From Bacteroidales bacterium UBA3290 (lineage in GTDB: Bacteria; Bacteroidota; Bacteroidia; Bacteroidales; UBA932), in contig DETK01000032.1 of NCBI GenBank assembly GCA_002361615.1, positions 51,297-115,296 on the forward strand: 64,000 bases of DNA. The letters run 5' to 3'. The notes beneath the pieces were generated by a model that searched no databases, was not told the DNA's origin, and saw nothing but the letters and a program-made list of their open reading frames with translations. Position 1 is the first letter of the stretch, and each line of letters starts with the position of its first letter. This document shows positions 28,032 to 36,775 of this stretch, one piece after another. The position numbers and the translations under genes are program-made.

Positions 28032-29610
28032 CCAGGAGTGCCAGGAAAGCGTAAGATGCGATGCGCCCGGTCAGGTCACCATGCTTGACGAAGGGCGTAA
28101 GGGTGTCATTGCCGTTCACCGTACCACGCAGCGTAGTTTCCACCCACCAGCCCGTGGTGGCGTGCACGTCTCCCTTTTGGTCAATCAGACCTGAGGTGCC
28201 CGTATTGGCTGCCTGAACGACGTCGCGGCGGTTCTCGATGGCCCGCAGACGGGCAAAATTGAAGTGCTGGTGATAGCCCGGCGTGTCGCCCCACCAGCCG
28301 TCGTTGGTAATCACGGCCAGGAAGTTGGCTCCTTTGCGGGTTGCCACGCGCGACCAGTCGCCGTACACCGACTCGTAACAGATCATTACGCCAACCTTCC
28401 GTCCGTCGCCGCCCGGAAGGGCGTCCATCTCATCCTGCGTGCCGTAACTGCTGCTCGATCCGCCGAACTTCTGGATCAGGCGGCCCAGGAAAGGGAATAC
28501 ATACTCATAGGGGATGATCTCCACGCCCGGCACGAGTTTCGACTTGACGTAAGAGCCGTAAAGGTTCTGCGCGTCCAGCACCATGGCCGTATTGTAGACA
28601 TCGACCCACTGGCCTTCCCCCTGCGGGCGGGCGCTGCGCGAGGGCTTGGCCTTCGTCTCGAATCTGCGGTAGGTGAGGGCCCCCAGCAGCATATTGGTTC
28701 CGGGATGCCCGGCCAGGAACGCGCGGTAACGCATATAGGAAGGGTTGGTCTCCGGATGGTCGATATCGATGTTGTAGGTGAAGGTCTCCGGTGTGATGAC
28801 ATAGCGCGTGTCGGGCGTCATCTCTTTTTCCATCAGCTGTACCAGGCGGTAGTCCAGACCGCTCTGCGGTTCGACGCCGTATTTGTGGAACGGGTCGATG
28901 TTGGGCTGGACCACGACCACTTCGAACGGGTCGTCGGATTCCTGATAGGTCGCATACCGGATCTCCGAGCAGAGAACCGGCACGAAGACCAGCAGCGTTG
29001 CGGAGACGGTGCTCCAGCGTCGCTGCATCTGGGTAGTACTGGTCAGCACCAGGAAAACCAGCATGTTGCAGAGCAGGATCCAGGCGGAGCCGCCCACGGC
29101 GCCCGTGACTTCATACCACTGTACGAGACGGGTTGAGGTGGCGAAGGCATTGCCCAGACAGAGCCAGGGCCAGGAGAGTTCGATCTCGAAATAGACGTGC
29201 TCCCACGCAAGCCAGGTCACGATGAACAGGAGCAGGGACTCGAGTCTTGCTGCGAAGGGTCGCTTCTCGTGCCGCCGGATGACTTTGGCGCCCCAGCGAT
29301 AGATCGCGAAGACAGCCGCCATCTGGAGGGCGTTGAGGATGATCGCGGCGATGGCGCCCGGCCCCGAGACGAACCAGATCCAGAAAGTGGTGGCGATGTT
29401 GAACGCCAGGAACGCGCAGAAGTAGTACCAGAAGGCGTGGCGGACCTTGTGCACGCGGAGCAGTTCGTCCAGGAAAAACAGAGGTACGAACGCGACGAGG
29501 GAAAGGAAACCCAGGTGCGGCACCAGGAACGGAAGGCTCATCAGCAGCGCGAAACCGGCGGCCAGGAGCCAGAGTCCGCCTTTGGGATATTTGTCGGGAG
29601 AGGATGCCAT
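27952..29610 (-). CDS. lnt: Apolipoprotein N-acyltransferase
   Basis: 552 aa with an N-terminal polytopic membrane domain and a CN-hydrolase domain (…VVVQPNIDP…, GVMICYESVYG, NDGWWGDTPG). Confidence 0.88.
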   Translation of the reverse strand: MASSPDKYPKGGLWLLAAGFALLMSLPFLVPHLGFLSLVAFVPLFFLDELLRVHKVRHAFWYYFCAFLAFNIATTFWIWFVSGPGAIAAIILNALQMAAVFAIYRWGAKVIRRHEKRPFAARLESLLLFIVTWLAWEHVYFEIELSWPWLCLGNAFATSTRLVQWYEVTGAVGGSAWILLCNMLVFLVLTSTTQMQRRWSTVSATLLVFVPVLCSEIRYATYQESDDPFEVVVVQPNIDPFHKYGVEPQSGLDYRLVQLMEKEMTPDTRYVITPETFTYNIDIDHPETNPSYMRYRAFLAGHPGTNMLLGALTYRRFETKAKPSRSARPQGEGQWVDVYNTAMVLDAQNLYGSYVKSKLVPGVEIIPYEYVFPFLGRLIQKFGGSSSSYGTQDEMDALPGGDGRKVGVMICYESVYGDWSRVATRKGANFLAVITNDGWWGDTPGYHQHFNFARLRAIENRRDVVQAANTGTSGLIDQKGDVHATTGWWVETTLRGTVNGNDTLTPFVKHGDLTGRIASYAFLALLVMLLVLSFAGASGKRSGRGKSAAGNA

Positions 29611-29689
29611 GTTGCGGTCAATCAGTAATGACAGACAAAGATAGGTTTTTTGATGGAATAATGGTATATTTGTCCCCGCTTAGAAGATT

Positions 29690-30349
29690 ATGGTTCTGTT
29701 TTTCCTCAAGGCGCTCCTCGTCGGTCTGACCGCGGCCATCCCCCTTGGCCCGCTGGGGATTATGTGCATCCAGCGGACGCTCAGCAAAGGGCGTTGGGCG
29801 GGTTTTGCCGTGGGCCTCGGCTCGTCGGTAGCCGATACGTTCTATGCCACCATCGCCTTGCTCTCGGTCTCTTACATCAGCCAGTTCCTCGACCGGAACC
29901 GCATCTGGGTAATGCTGATCGGCGGCGCCATCGTGCTCGGCATCGGCCTGCAGATCGCCTTGAAGAATCCGATCAAGGACCTTCGGCGCCCGATTGCCGG
30001 CTCGCTCAGTTCCCGGCGGGCCCGCGACCTGCTGAAAGGTTTCCTGATGACCATCACCAATCCCGGCGCCCTGGTGCTGATGCTCGGTCTGTTCGCCTTC
30101 TTCGGCCTCGACCTGGGCGACGGCAGTCATCCGGAGGCGGCAGGGTTCGTCCTGGGAGGTATCTTTCTGGGAACGGCGGCCTGGTGGTTCCTGCTCAGCA
30201 GCGGGATCAGCCTTTTCCGGAAACGCTTCCGCTTGCGGCAGATCATCGCCATCAACCGCATCTCCGGTATCCTGATCGCTGTCATCGGCCTGTCTTCCCT
30301 GGCGGAAGGTCTGGCACAGCTTATTTTTCATCAGTCCTTATTGGGTTAG
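29690..30349 (+). CDS. LysE/RhtB family amino-acid efflux protein
   Basis: 219 aa with about 6 TM helices. The N-terminus LVGLTAAIPLGPLGIMCIQRTL and the TNPGALV motif are typical of LysE-type translocators. Confidence 0.8.
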   Translation: MVLFFLKALLVGLTAAIPLGPLGIMCIQRTLSKGRWAGFAVGLGSSVADTFYATIALLSVSYISQFLDRNRIWVMLIGGAIVLGIGLQIALKNPIKDLRRPIAGSLSSRRARDLLKGFLMTITNPGALVLMLGLFAFFGLDLGDGSHPEAAGFVLGGIFLGTAAWWFLLSSGISLFRKRFRLRQIIAINRISGILIAVIGLSSLAEGLAQLIFHQSLLG

Positions 30350-30352
30350 GCT

Positions 30353-31414
30353 ATGGGACTTTTCATCAAGAAAAAGACGAAAGCGGCGCTCGACCGCAAG
30401 AAAGTGGTGGTCAGCCACGTCGTGCTGGCTGTCTGCATCCTGTTGATGGCCATCAATGTGGGTGGATTCATCTTCTTCCCGCGCCTGATGGCGCCCATGT
30501 CCATCCTTCTGTCAAACGCGATTACGCTGATTCTGGCCATCATCGCCTTCCGCCCCATCAATGCGCTGATCGAGAACCTGCTCGAAAAGCGGCAGCAGGA
30601 ACTGCTCGAGCAGCAGCAGATCGAGCACGAACTGGAGCAGAAAGTGGATTTGCTGGAAAGCCGTAACCGCGAGCTCGAGAACAAACTCGACACGCGCGCC
30701 CAGACGGAAGGCTCGCCCGCGGACATCGACTTCACCTTCAAACTCGAACAGATGGAGTATGCGAAGAAAGGGTATGTGGTCAAGGAAGAACCGCTGGAAT
30801 CCTTCGCTTCGGACGACCGTTTCAAGGGCATGATTCCCGACGTGGGCCTGTTCAACAAGATGCTCGACGCCCTGATGATGAAGGACCAGGGAGTCCGCAA
30901 GGTCTTGTATATCAAGAAATACTACTATAAAGTGTCCATCGGCCTGGATTTCAACCGCATCAAGTTCACCTTCGCGGACGACCAGCTGCTCTTTTCCGGT
31001 GTGAAGTTCAGCCGGCTGCACGACATCAGCAGCGAACTGGAACCCGATACGGACGACATCGACCACTGCTGGATCCTCAATACGCTCGACGGCTGGGCGG
31101 AAATCAAACATTCCAATTACTACGACACCTTCAAGGACGCCTACACCCGTATGCAGGAGGCGGAGACACGCGACAGTCTCGAGGCTGAAGTGGAAAGCCT
31201 CTGCCAGCAGTACACCAGCATCTTCCGCCGCAACATCCAGGCCCGGTTCCCCCAGGCCGGGTTCGTGGATAGTATCGAAGACAGCGACCGCAGCTGGTAC
31301 GCCCTGCGAGAAGGCGGCCAGTACCGGATGGTCCGCGATATTGCGGCCAACATGCTGATGCTGACCAACGTGATCGGGGAGACCAAGCAGATTGAAGAAC
31401 AGGGTCGTCTCTAG
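30353..31414 (+). CDS. Hypothetical membrane-anchored coiled-coil protein
   Basis: 353 aa with two N-terminal TM helices, a Q/E/L-rich coiled coil (EKRQQELLEQQQIEHELEQKVDLLESRNRELENKL), and a globular C-domain of unknown family. Confidence 0.6.
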   Translation: MGLFIKKKTKAALDRKKVVVSHVVLAVCILLMAINVGGFIFFPRLMAPMSILLSNAITLILAIIAFRPINALIENLLEKRQQELLEQQQIEHELEQKVDLLESRNRELENKLDTRAQTEGSPADIDFTFKLEQMEYAKKGYVVKEEPLESFASDDRFKGMIPDVGLFNKMLDALMMKDQGVRKVLYIKKYYYKVSIGLDFNRIKFTFADDQLLFSGVKFSRLHDISSELEPDTDDIDHCWILNTLDGWAEIKHSNYYDTFKDAYTRMQEAETRDSLEAEVESLCQQYTSIFRRNIQARFPQAGFVDSIEDSDRSWYALREGGQYRMVRDIAANMLMLTNVIGETKQIEEQGRL

Positions 31415-31464
31415 CAGAATTTGACAAAAAAATCAAAGATTGCGAGGAATTTCAAAAAGTTTGC

Positions 31465-31472
31465 TATATTTG
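31465..31472 (+). promoter_or_regulatory. Bacteroidota -7 promoter box (TATATTTG) for tRNA-Val
   Basis: It sits within TTTGCTATATTTGCAGTCCC, 32 nt upstream of the tRNA 5' end. Confidence 0.55.
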
Positions 31473-31503
31473 CAGTCCCAAAGCCAAAACGGCCGGGAAA
31501 AAA

Positions 31504-31578
31504 GGTCCTTTAGCTCAGCTGGTTTAGAGCGCCTGCTTGACAGGCAGGAGGTCAGCAGTTCAAATCTGCTAAGGGCCA
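31504..31578 (+). tRNA. tRNA-Val (anticodon GAC)
   Basis: GGTCCTTTAGCTCAGCTGGTTTAGAGCGCCTGCTTGACAGGCAGGAGGTCAGCAGTTCAAATCTGCTAAGGGCCA forms a canonical cloverleaf with anticodon loop TTGACAG. Confidence 0.92.
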
Positions 31579-31584
31579 CAAGAA

Positions 31585-31617
31585 GAAGGAGAACATCGGA
31601 AGATGTCCTCCTTCTTT
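31585..31617 (+). terminator. Intrinsic terminator after tRNA-Val
   Basis: GAAGGAGAACATC-ggaa-GATGTCCTCCTTC (one mismatch) followed by TTT. Confidence 0.7.
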
Positions 31618-31625
31618 CATTTTCA

Positions 31626-31656
31626 GAGGGCGTGCTCCGCTTCGGAACACGCCCTC
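31626..31656. other. Stable hairpin without a T tract
   Basis: GAGGGCGTG…CACGCCCTC forms a 9-bp outer stem that continues with TCCG/CGGA inner pairs. Neither strand has a U-run after it. Confidence 0.7.
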
Positions 31657-31814
31657 CTACTAACCTAAACTTAAACTTAAACTATGAAAAACTTCGAGCG
31701 TTGAAGTTGCAAAACCTATGCCATCTTCCGGATTATGTCATAGTCTGATTCAGGCGATTGTTAGCACTTATCGGAAGAGGTGTTTTCTCGTGCCGCAGCT
31801 GCTCTTTTTTTTCG

Positions 31815-31822
31815 TATCTTTG
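31815..31822 (+). promoter_or_regulatory. Bacteroidota -7 promoter box (TATCTTTG) upstream of the M14 peptidase gene
   Basis: Matches TAnnTTTG and lies 43 nt upstream of the ATG at 31865. Confidence 0.5.
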
Positions 31823-31864
31823 AACTGGCCTGTGGCGTCCTGCCGGCCGATAATACCTGTCGCC

Positions 31865-34255
31865 ATGAAACTTATCCGTCGTTTCCTGATCCTGCTTTCC
31901 CTGCTCCTGCCGCTTCAGGCGGCTTATGCTCAGTACAATCCCACCCTCCAGCCTCCCCAGGTATTCCTGGGCTTCGATCTCGACGAAAGGCTGGCCGACT
32001 GGGGCGACATCACCCGCTATGTGGATTATCTTGCCGCCGCTTCCGACCGCGTGTCGGTCGAACGCTTCGGCTATACCTTCGAGCGCAGACGGTTCCTGCA
32101 GGTCTGCATCACTTCCCCTGCGAACCAGCAGCGTCTGGAGGAGATCCGGCAGGAGCATCTGAAGGTGACGGACGTGGCGGTCTCCGGGACGCTCGACCTG
32201 GACCGGATGCCGCTGGTCGTGGACCTCAGCGCGACGATCCACGGGAACGAGATTTCCGGTGCCCAAGCGCTCCTGGGCCTGATGTATCACTATGCCGCTT
32301 CGGAGGATCCTGCCGTGAAGGAGATGCTGGACAATACGGTCCTGGTCGTAGTCCCTGCCCAGAATCCCGACGGGATGAGCCGCTTCGCGACCTGGGTCAA
32401 CAGCAATGCGAGCGCCCATCATTTCCTCGACAACCAGTCCCGGGAATATCACGAGGTGTCTCCCTCTTCCCGTGCCAACCACTACTGGATGGACTGCAAC
32501 CGCGACTGGCTCACCGCCCAGTATCCCGAAGGCCGCAACCTGGTGACGATGTATGAACACTGGATGCCGAACGTGCTGCTCGACCTGCACGAGATGGGCA
32601 GCGCCCGCAACGGTTTGTACTATTTCAGCCCGGGCGATCCGAACCGTACATATCAGTATATCCCCCAGCAGAACCAGGACCTTACCCTGACCATCAGCCA
32701 GACGACGGCCCGTTACCTGGATTCGCTCGGTGTGCCGTATTACACGGGGCGGGGATACGATGATTTCTTCATCGGCAAAGGCGCTTGTTACGGCGACATC
32801 CAGGGTTCGGTCTGCATCCTTCACGAGCTCTCTTCCTCACGCGGGCACTTGCGGGATTTCGGCGAGACAGGCATCCATAGTTTCGGCGAGACGGTCAACT
32901 GGCATGCGACGGCAGCCCGGGCCGTGGTCGATGCCTCCGTCGCCATCGCGCCGGAGCTCAAGGCCTATCAGCGGCGTTTCTTCCAGGATGCAGACCGCGC
33001 GGCGGCCGCCGATGCCGCGGGGTATGTCTTCGACGCGCGAGGCAATCGCGGCATTGCCTTCAAGTTTTTGGAAAACTTGCTGTTGCACGAGATAGCGGTC
33101 TATCCCGTCGTGGGGAAGGAAGGACAGTATTTCGTCCCGTTCCGACAAAAGCATTACTACAAGGTCAAGGGCATCTTTGAAGATATTACCGAGTTCCAGG
33201 ACGACCGTTTCTACGACATCTCCACCTGGTCGCCGGCACGTGCCTATAATCTTCAATATGAGACGGTTTCCGTAGCGCCTGCCGTGGGCGAGCGCATCCG
33301 GGCGGCCGTCCTGCCGGAAGGCGGCGTCAATGGCGGTGTCAGCCCGCTGGGATACACCTTCGAAACAGGCGGGTTTTATGTACCGCGCCTGGTCACGGCG
33401 CTGCAGCGGAAGGGCATCCGCGTTGAAGTGTCTCCCACTGGCCTGCTCGTGGTTCCTGTGGCCGGCCAGCCGCTCGACGGGCCGGCTCTGCACGAAGTCA
33501 TCTCCGCGTTTGCCGCAGAATGCGCCGTCGATGTAACGGCACTTCCCGGCGGCCGTCGGAAGACGCTTGACACGTACGTGAAAGACCGTTCTTTGGTCCG
33601 GCAGCCCCGGACGGCGATCATCACGGATACCGGCGCATCCAGTCAGCAGGGCTCGCTGTGGCATATGCTCGACGAACATTATGCGATGAACCATTCCCTG
33701 GTGGATCTGGGTACCTTTGCCGGCCGGAACTTCGATATCGGACGTTATGACGTCCTTGTCTTTTCGGGGAATGTCGCTTTGGACAAAGTGGATGCCGCAG
33801 CCTGGAAAAGGCTGGCTGACTGGGTTGAGGCCGGAGGCACGCTGATCCTCTCGGGCGAGGCCCACAAGGTCTCCGGCATGATCGGCGACGACAGCATTTC
33901 GACCGAAACGGGCAGGGGCGTCAGCGGCCTGGTCCTCCAGGCGGAGATGATGCCGGGCAGCCCGCTTTTCTGGGGCTATCACCAGCCGGGTATCGATGTC
34001 TTCAAGGGCAATGCGACGGTGTGGACGGTCGCTTCCGACGCACAAGTGCTGCTCCGTTACGCTTCCGAGCCGTATCGTTCGGGCTATGTGACGCCCGAAA
34101 ACCTGGCCCGCTTCGCCGGGGCTCCGCTCGTGGCGGGCAAGCACGAGGGCCGCGGATACATCCTCTACATCCAGGAAGACTTTGCCTACCGCGCCTATTG
34201 GCTGGGTACGAACGCCATTCTGGCGAACGCCCTGCTTTTCGGCGATAAGCTCTGA
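31865..34255 (+). CDS. Secreted M14-family zinc carboxypeptidase-like protein with a large C-terminal extension
   Basis: The track ORF is trimmed to MKLIRRFLILLSLLLPLQAAYAQ (signal peptide). It has the Zn-binding HxxE motif (TIHGNEISG) and a later LDLHEMG motif; 796 aa. Confidence 0.8.
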   Translation: MKLIRRFLILLSLLLPLQAAYAQYNPTLQPPQVFLGFDLDERLADWGDITRYVDYLAAASDRVSVERFGYTFERRRFLQVCITSPANQQRLEEIRQEHLKVTDVAVSGTLDLDRMPLVVDLSATIHGNEISGAQALLGLMYHYAASEDPAVKEMLDNTVLVVVPAQNPDGMSRFATWVNSNASAHHFLDNQSREYHEVSPSSRANHYWMDCNRDWLTAQYPEGRNLVTMYEHWMPNVLLDLHEMGSARNGLYYFSPGDPNRTYQYIPQQNQDLTLTISQTTARYLDSLGVPYYTGRGYDDFFIGKGACYGDIQGSVCILHELSSSRGHLRDFGETGIHSFGETVNWHATAARAVVDASVAIAPELKAYQRRFFQDADRAAAADAAGYVFDARGNRGIAFKFLENLLLHEIAVYPVVGKEGQYFVPFRQKHYYKVKGIFEDITEFQDDRFYDISTWSPARAYNLQYETVSVAPAVGERIRAAVLPEGGVNGGVSPLGYTFETGGFYVPRLVTALQRKGIRVEVSPTGLLVVPVAGQPLDGPALHEVISAFAAECAVDVTALPGGRRKTLDTYVKDRSLVRQPRTAIITDTGASSQQGSLWHMLDEHYAMNHSLVDLGTFAGRNFDIGRYDVLVFSGNVALDKVDAAAWKRLADWVEAGGTLILSGEAHKVSGMIGDDSISTETGRGVSGLVLQAEMMPGSPLFWGYHQPGIDVFKGNATVWTVASDAQVLLRYASEPYRSGYVTPENLARFAGAPLVAGKHEGRGYILYIQEDFAYRAYWLGTNAILANALLFGDKL

Positions 34256-34264
34256 TAGACAGTC

Positions 34265-34286
34265 GCCTGCCGCACGCGTGGCAGGC
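34265..34286. terminator. Hairpin between the convergent M14 peptidase and helicase genes
   Basis: GCCTGCC-gcacgcgt-GGCAGGC sits in a 36-nt spacer. There is no clear T run. Confidence 0.5.
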
Positions 34287-34291
34287 TCACC

Positions 34292-36688
34292 CTAGCGGGC
34301 GATCCTCAGTTTGGCGAATTTGAGCAGAAGGGTTTTCTGACCGCCCGTTTCGAAATCCACGACCGCTTTCCGGTTGGGTCCGTCGCCTTCCAGCGACAGG
34401 ATCGTGCCGTATCCGAAGCGGTCGTGCTCGACGCGCTGGCCGACACGCAGGTCGGCGATGGGCGAGGGGCTGAATCCCGGACTCGGCGTGTGAGCGGGCG
34501 GGGGCGGCGTCGGCCGGACGGGACGTTGTTGCGGCGGGACCGGGCGTTGTGACGGGGAAGGACGCTGCGTCATGGACGGGCGTCTGAAAGTTTCAAAGTC
34601 CGACTGGCGGAAGCGGGTCTGCGGGAAAGGATCGTAGCGGTTGTTGTCGGTGTCCGGCTCGACGGCATAGTACTTCCGGTCGATTTCCTTCAGGAAACGG
34701 GAAGGGCGGGTCGTCTCGGAGGAACCCCATTTGCGACGGTTCTGGGCGTAGGACACCGTGACGGCTTTCTCGGCACGGGTAATGGCCACGTAGAAGAGGC
34801 GCCGCTCTTCCTCGATCTTGTCGGGGGTGTCGTTCATGCTTTCCGAGGGGAAGAGGTTCTCCTCCATGCCGGCGATATAGACATAGGGAAACTCCAGGCC
34901 TTTGGCCGCGTGGACGGTCATCAGCACGATCTTGTTGGTCTGGTCGCGGTCGGGGTCCTGCGTGTCGTCTTTTTCCGCCTCGCTCAGCATATAGATGTTT
35001 TCCAGATAGTCGCCCAGCGTGACGACGCCCTGGACGGGTGCTTCTCCGTCTTCCGAGAGGATCTGCCGCATCTCGCTTTCTTCCTCACTGTATTCCTTGA
35101 TGCTGTTGAAGAGTTCCTCCACGTTTTCGAAACGGGCGAGTCCTTCCGGCGTGTTTTCGTTCTTGAGGGCGGCAAGATAGCCGGACACCTGGCCGATTTC
35201 CAGGGCCAGTTCGTAGCAATCCGCTTTCTCCGTCTTTTCCGACAGGGGTTCCATCAAGGCGACGAATTCGCGCAGCTTCTTGATGGCAGCGTCTTTGAGC
35301 CCTGCGGCGTAAAGCTTTTCGTTTTCGAGCAGCGGGGCGTTGTAGAGCGGACAGCGGGCCGTGGCTGCGGCCACGGCGAGCCGTTCGATGCTGGTGTCGC
35401 CGATGCCGCGGGCGGGCACGTTGACCACCCGGCGGAACGATTCATCGTCTCTCGGATTGACCGCCAGCTTGAAATAGGCCAGCATGTCTTTGATCTCGGC
35501 CCGCTCGTAGAAAGCGTGGCCGCCGTAGATGCGGAAGGGGAGGTTGCGTTTGCGCAGCGCCTCCTCGAAGGCGCGCGACTGGGCGTTGGTGCGGTAGAGG
35601 ATGGCGAAGGCGTCGTAGGAAGCCTTGTCGGCGTAGATCCGTTCGACGATGGAGGAAGCGATCAGATGCGCCTCTTCGCTTTCGGTGTAGGCCTTGATCA
35701 CGCCGATCTTCTCGCCGACGCCCGCCCGGGAGAAGCACTCCTTGCGGAGCCGCCTCTCATTGTGGGCGATCAGGCTGTTGGCGGCGGCCACGATGGTCTG
35801 CGTGGAGCGGTAGTTCTGTTCCAGCCGGAACTCTTTCGCTTCCGGATAGTCTTTCTTGAAACGGAGGATGTTCTCGATGCGGGCGCCGCGGAAACCGTAG
35901 ATGCTCTGCGAATCGTCGCCTACCACGCAGATGTTGTGATGCGGCTCTGCCAGACGGCGCAGGATCATGTACTGGGCGTGATTGGTGTCCTGGTATTCGT
36001 CCACGAGGATATAGCGGAAGCGGGATGCAATGTCCCGGCAGGCCTCGGGGAAGCGGGCGAGCAGGATGTTCATCTGCAGCAGGATGTCGTCGAAATCCAT
36101 GGCCCCGGCGGCCCGGCATTTCTCCTGATAGCGCTGGTAGACGTCGGCCAGGCGGGGCCGGCGGGCGATGCGGTCGCGCTCCATGTTCTCGACATTGGCG
36201 CGGTAGCCGGCGACGGTGACCAGGCTGTTCTTTGCCATCGAGATGATGCTCTGCACCACGGCGGGCTTGTAGTTCTTGTCGTCCAGCTCCAACTCCTTGA
36301 TGCACTGCTTGATCACACTGCGGGAATCGGTCTGGTCGTAGATGGTGAAGTGCTCGGGATAGCCGAGTTGGGAAGCATATTCGCGCAGGAAGCGGATGAA
36401 GACCGAATGGAAGGTGCCCATCTGGATCCAGCGGGCCTTCCGGTCTCCGACCAGAAGCGCCACGCGCTCCTTCATCTCACCGGCCGCCTTTTTTGTAAAA
36501 GTAAGGGCCAGCACCTGGCCGGGCCCGCAGTCTCCTTCCAGAATGTGTGCGACCCGGCAGGTCAGCACCCTCGTCTTCCCGCTGCCGGCCCCCGCAATGA
36601 TCAGCGAAGGCCCCTCCGTACATTCCACAGCGGCTTTCTGCGCGCTGTTCAACCCCTCGAACAGGTCCGTTTGCGAATTGTTCATCAT
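34292..36688 (-). CDS. uvrD: UvrD/PcrA/Rep-family ATP-dependent DNA helicase
   Basis: 798 aa with LNSAQKAAVECTEGPSLIIAGAGSGKTRVLT (motif I), ILVDEYQDTN (motif II), YRS and VHAAKGLEF motifs. A Pro-rich linker and a C-terminal Tudor-like domain follow. The symbol is meant at family level only. Confidence 0.9.
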   Translation of the reverse strand: MMNNSQTDLFEGLNSAQKAAVECTEGPSLIIAGAGSGKTRVLTCRVAHILEGDCGPGQVLALTFTKKAAGEMKERVALLVGDRKARWIQMGTFHSVFIRFLREYASQLGYPEHFTIYDQTDSRSVIKQCIKELELDDKNYKPAVVQSIISMAKNSLVTVAGYRANVENMERDRIARRPRLADVYQRYQEKCRAAGAMDFDDILLQMNILLARFPEACRDIASRFRYILVDEYQDTNHAQYMILRRLAEPHHNICVVGDDSQSIYGFRGARIENILRFKKDYPEAKEFRLEQNYRSTQTIVAAANSLIAHNERRLRKECFSRAGVGEKIGVIKAYTESEEAHLIASSIVERIYADKASYDAFAILYRTNAQSRAFEEALRKRNLPFRIYGGHAFYERAEIKDMLAYFKLAVNPRDDESFRRVVNVPARGIGDTSIERLAVAAATARCPLYNAPLLENEKLYAAGLKDAAIKKLREFVALMEPLSEKTEKADCYELALEIGQVSGYLAALKNENTPEGLARFENVEELFNSIKEYSEEESEMRQILSEDGEAPVQGVVTLGDYLENIYMLSEAEKDDTQDPDRDQTNKIVLMTVHAAKGLEFPYVYIAGMEENLFPSESMNDTPDKIEEERRLFYVAITRAEKAVTVSYAQNRRKWGSSETTRPSRFLKEIDRKYYAVEPDTDNNRYDPFPQTRFRQSDFETFRRPSMTQRPSPSQRPVPPQQRPVRPTPPPPAHTPSPGFSPSPIADLRVGQRVEHDRFGYGTILSLEGDGPNRKAVVDFETGGQKTLLLKFAKLRIAR

Positions 36689-36726
36689 AGTGCAAAAATA
36701 TACTTTTTTTAGTGACTTTTTATAGG

Positions 36727-36734
36727 TAACTTTG
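36727..36734 (+). promoter_or_regulatory. Bacteroidota -7 promoter box (TAACTTTG) upstream of nqrA
   Basis: Matches TAnnTTTG and lies 42 nt upstream of the ATG at 36776, in an AT-rich spacer. Confidence 0.5.
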
Positions 36735-36775
36735 CGGGATAAATGTAAAATATTTATAATTAACCAAATAATTTC

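Noticed and set aside
29764-30666. 300-aa alternative-frame ORF across the LysE gene and the next gene. A 237-aa antisense ORF also lies at 29618-30331.
   Set aside because: Both have Arg/Pro/Gly-rich low-complexity translations. The LysE frame gives a clean six-TM protein.
31662-31683. Short phased AAACTT repeats as a possible CRISPR or tandem-repeat locus.
   Set aside because: There are only three 6-nt units, with no spacers and no cas genes. The repeats are reported only as part of the unusual spacer, not as CRISPR or VNTR.
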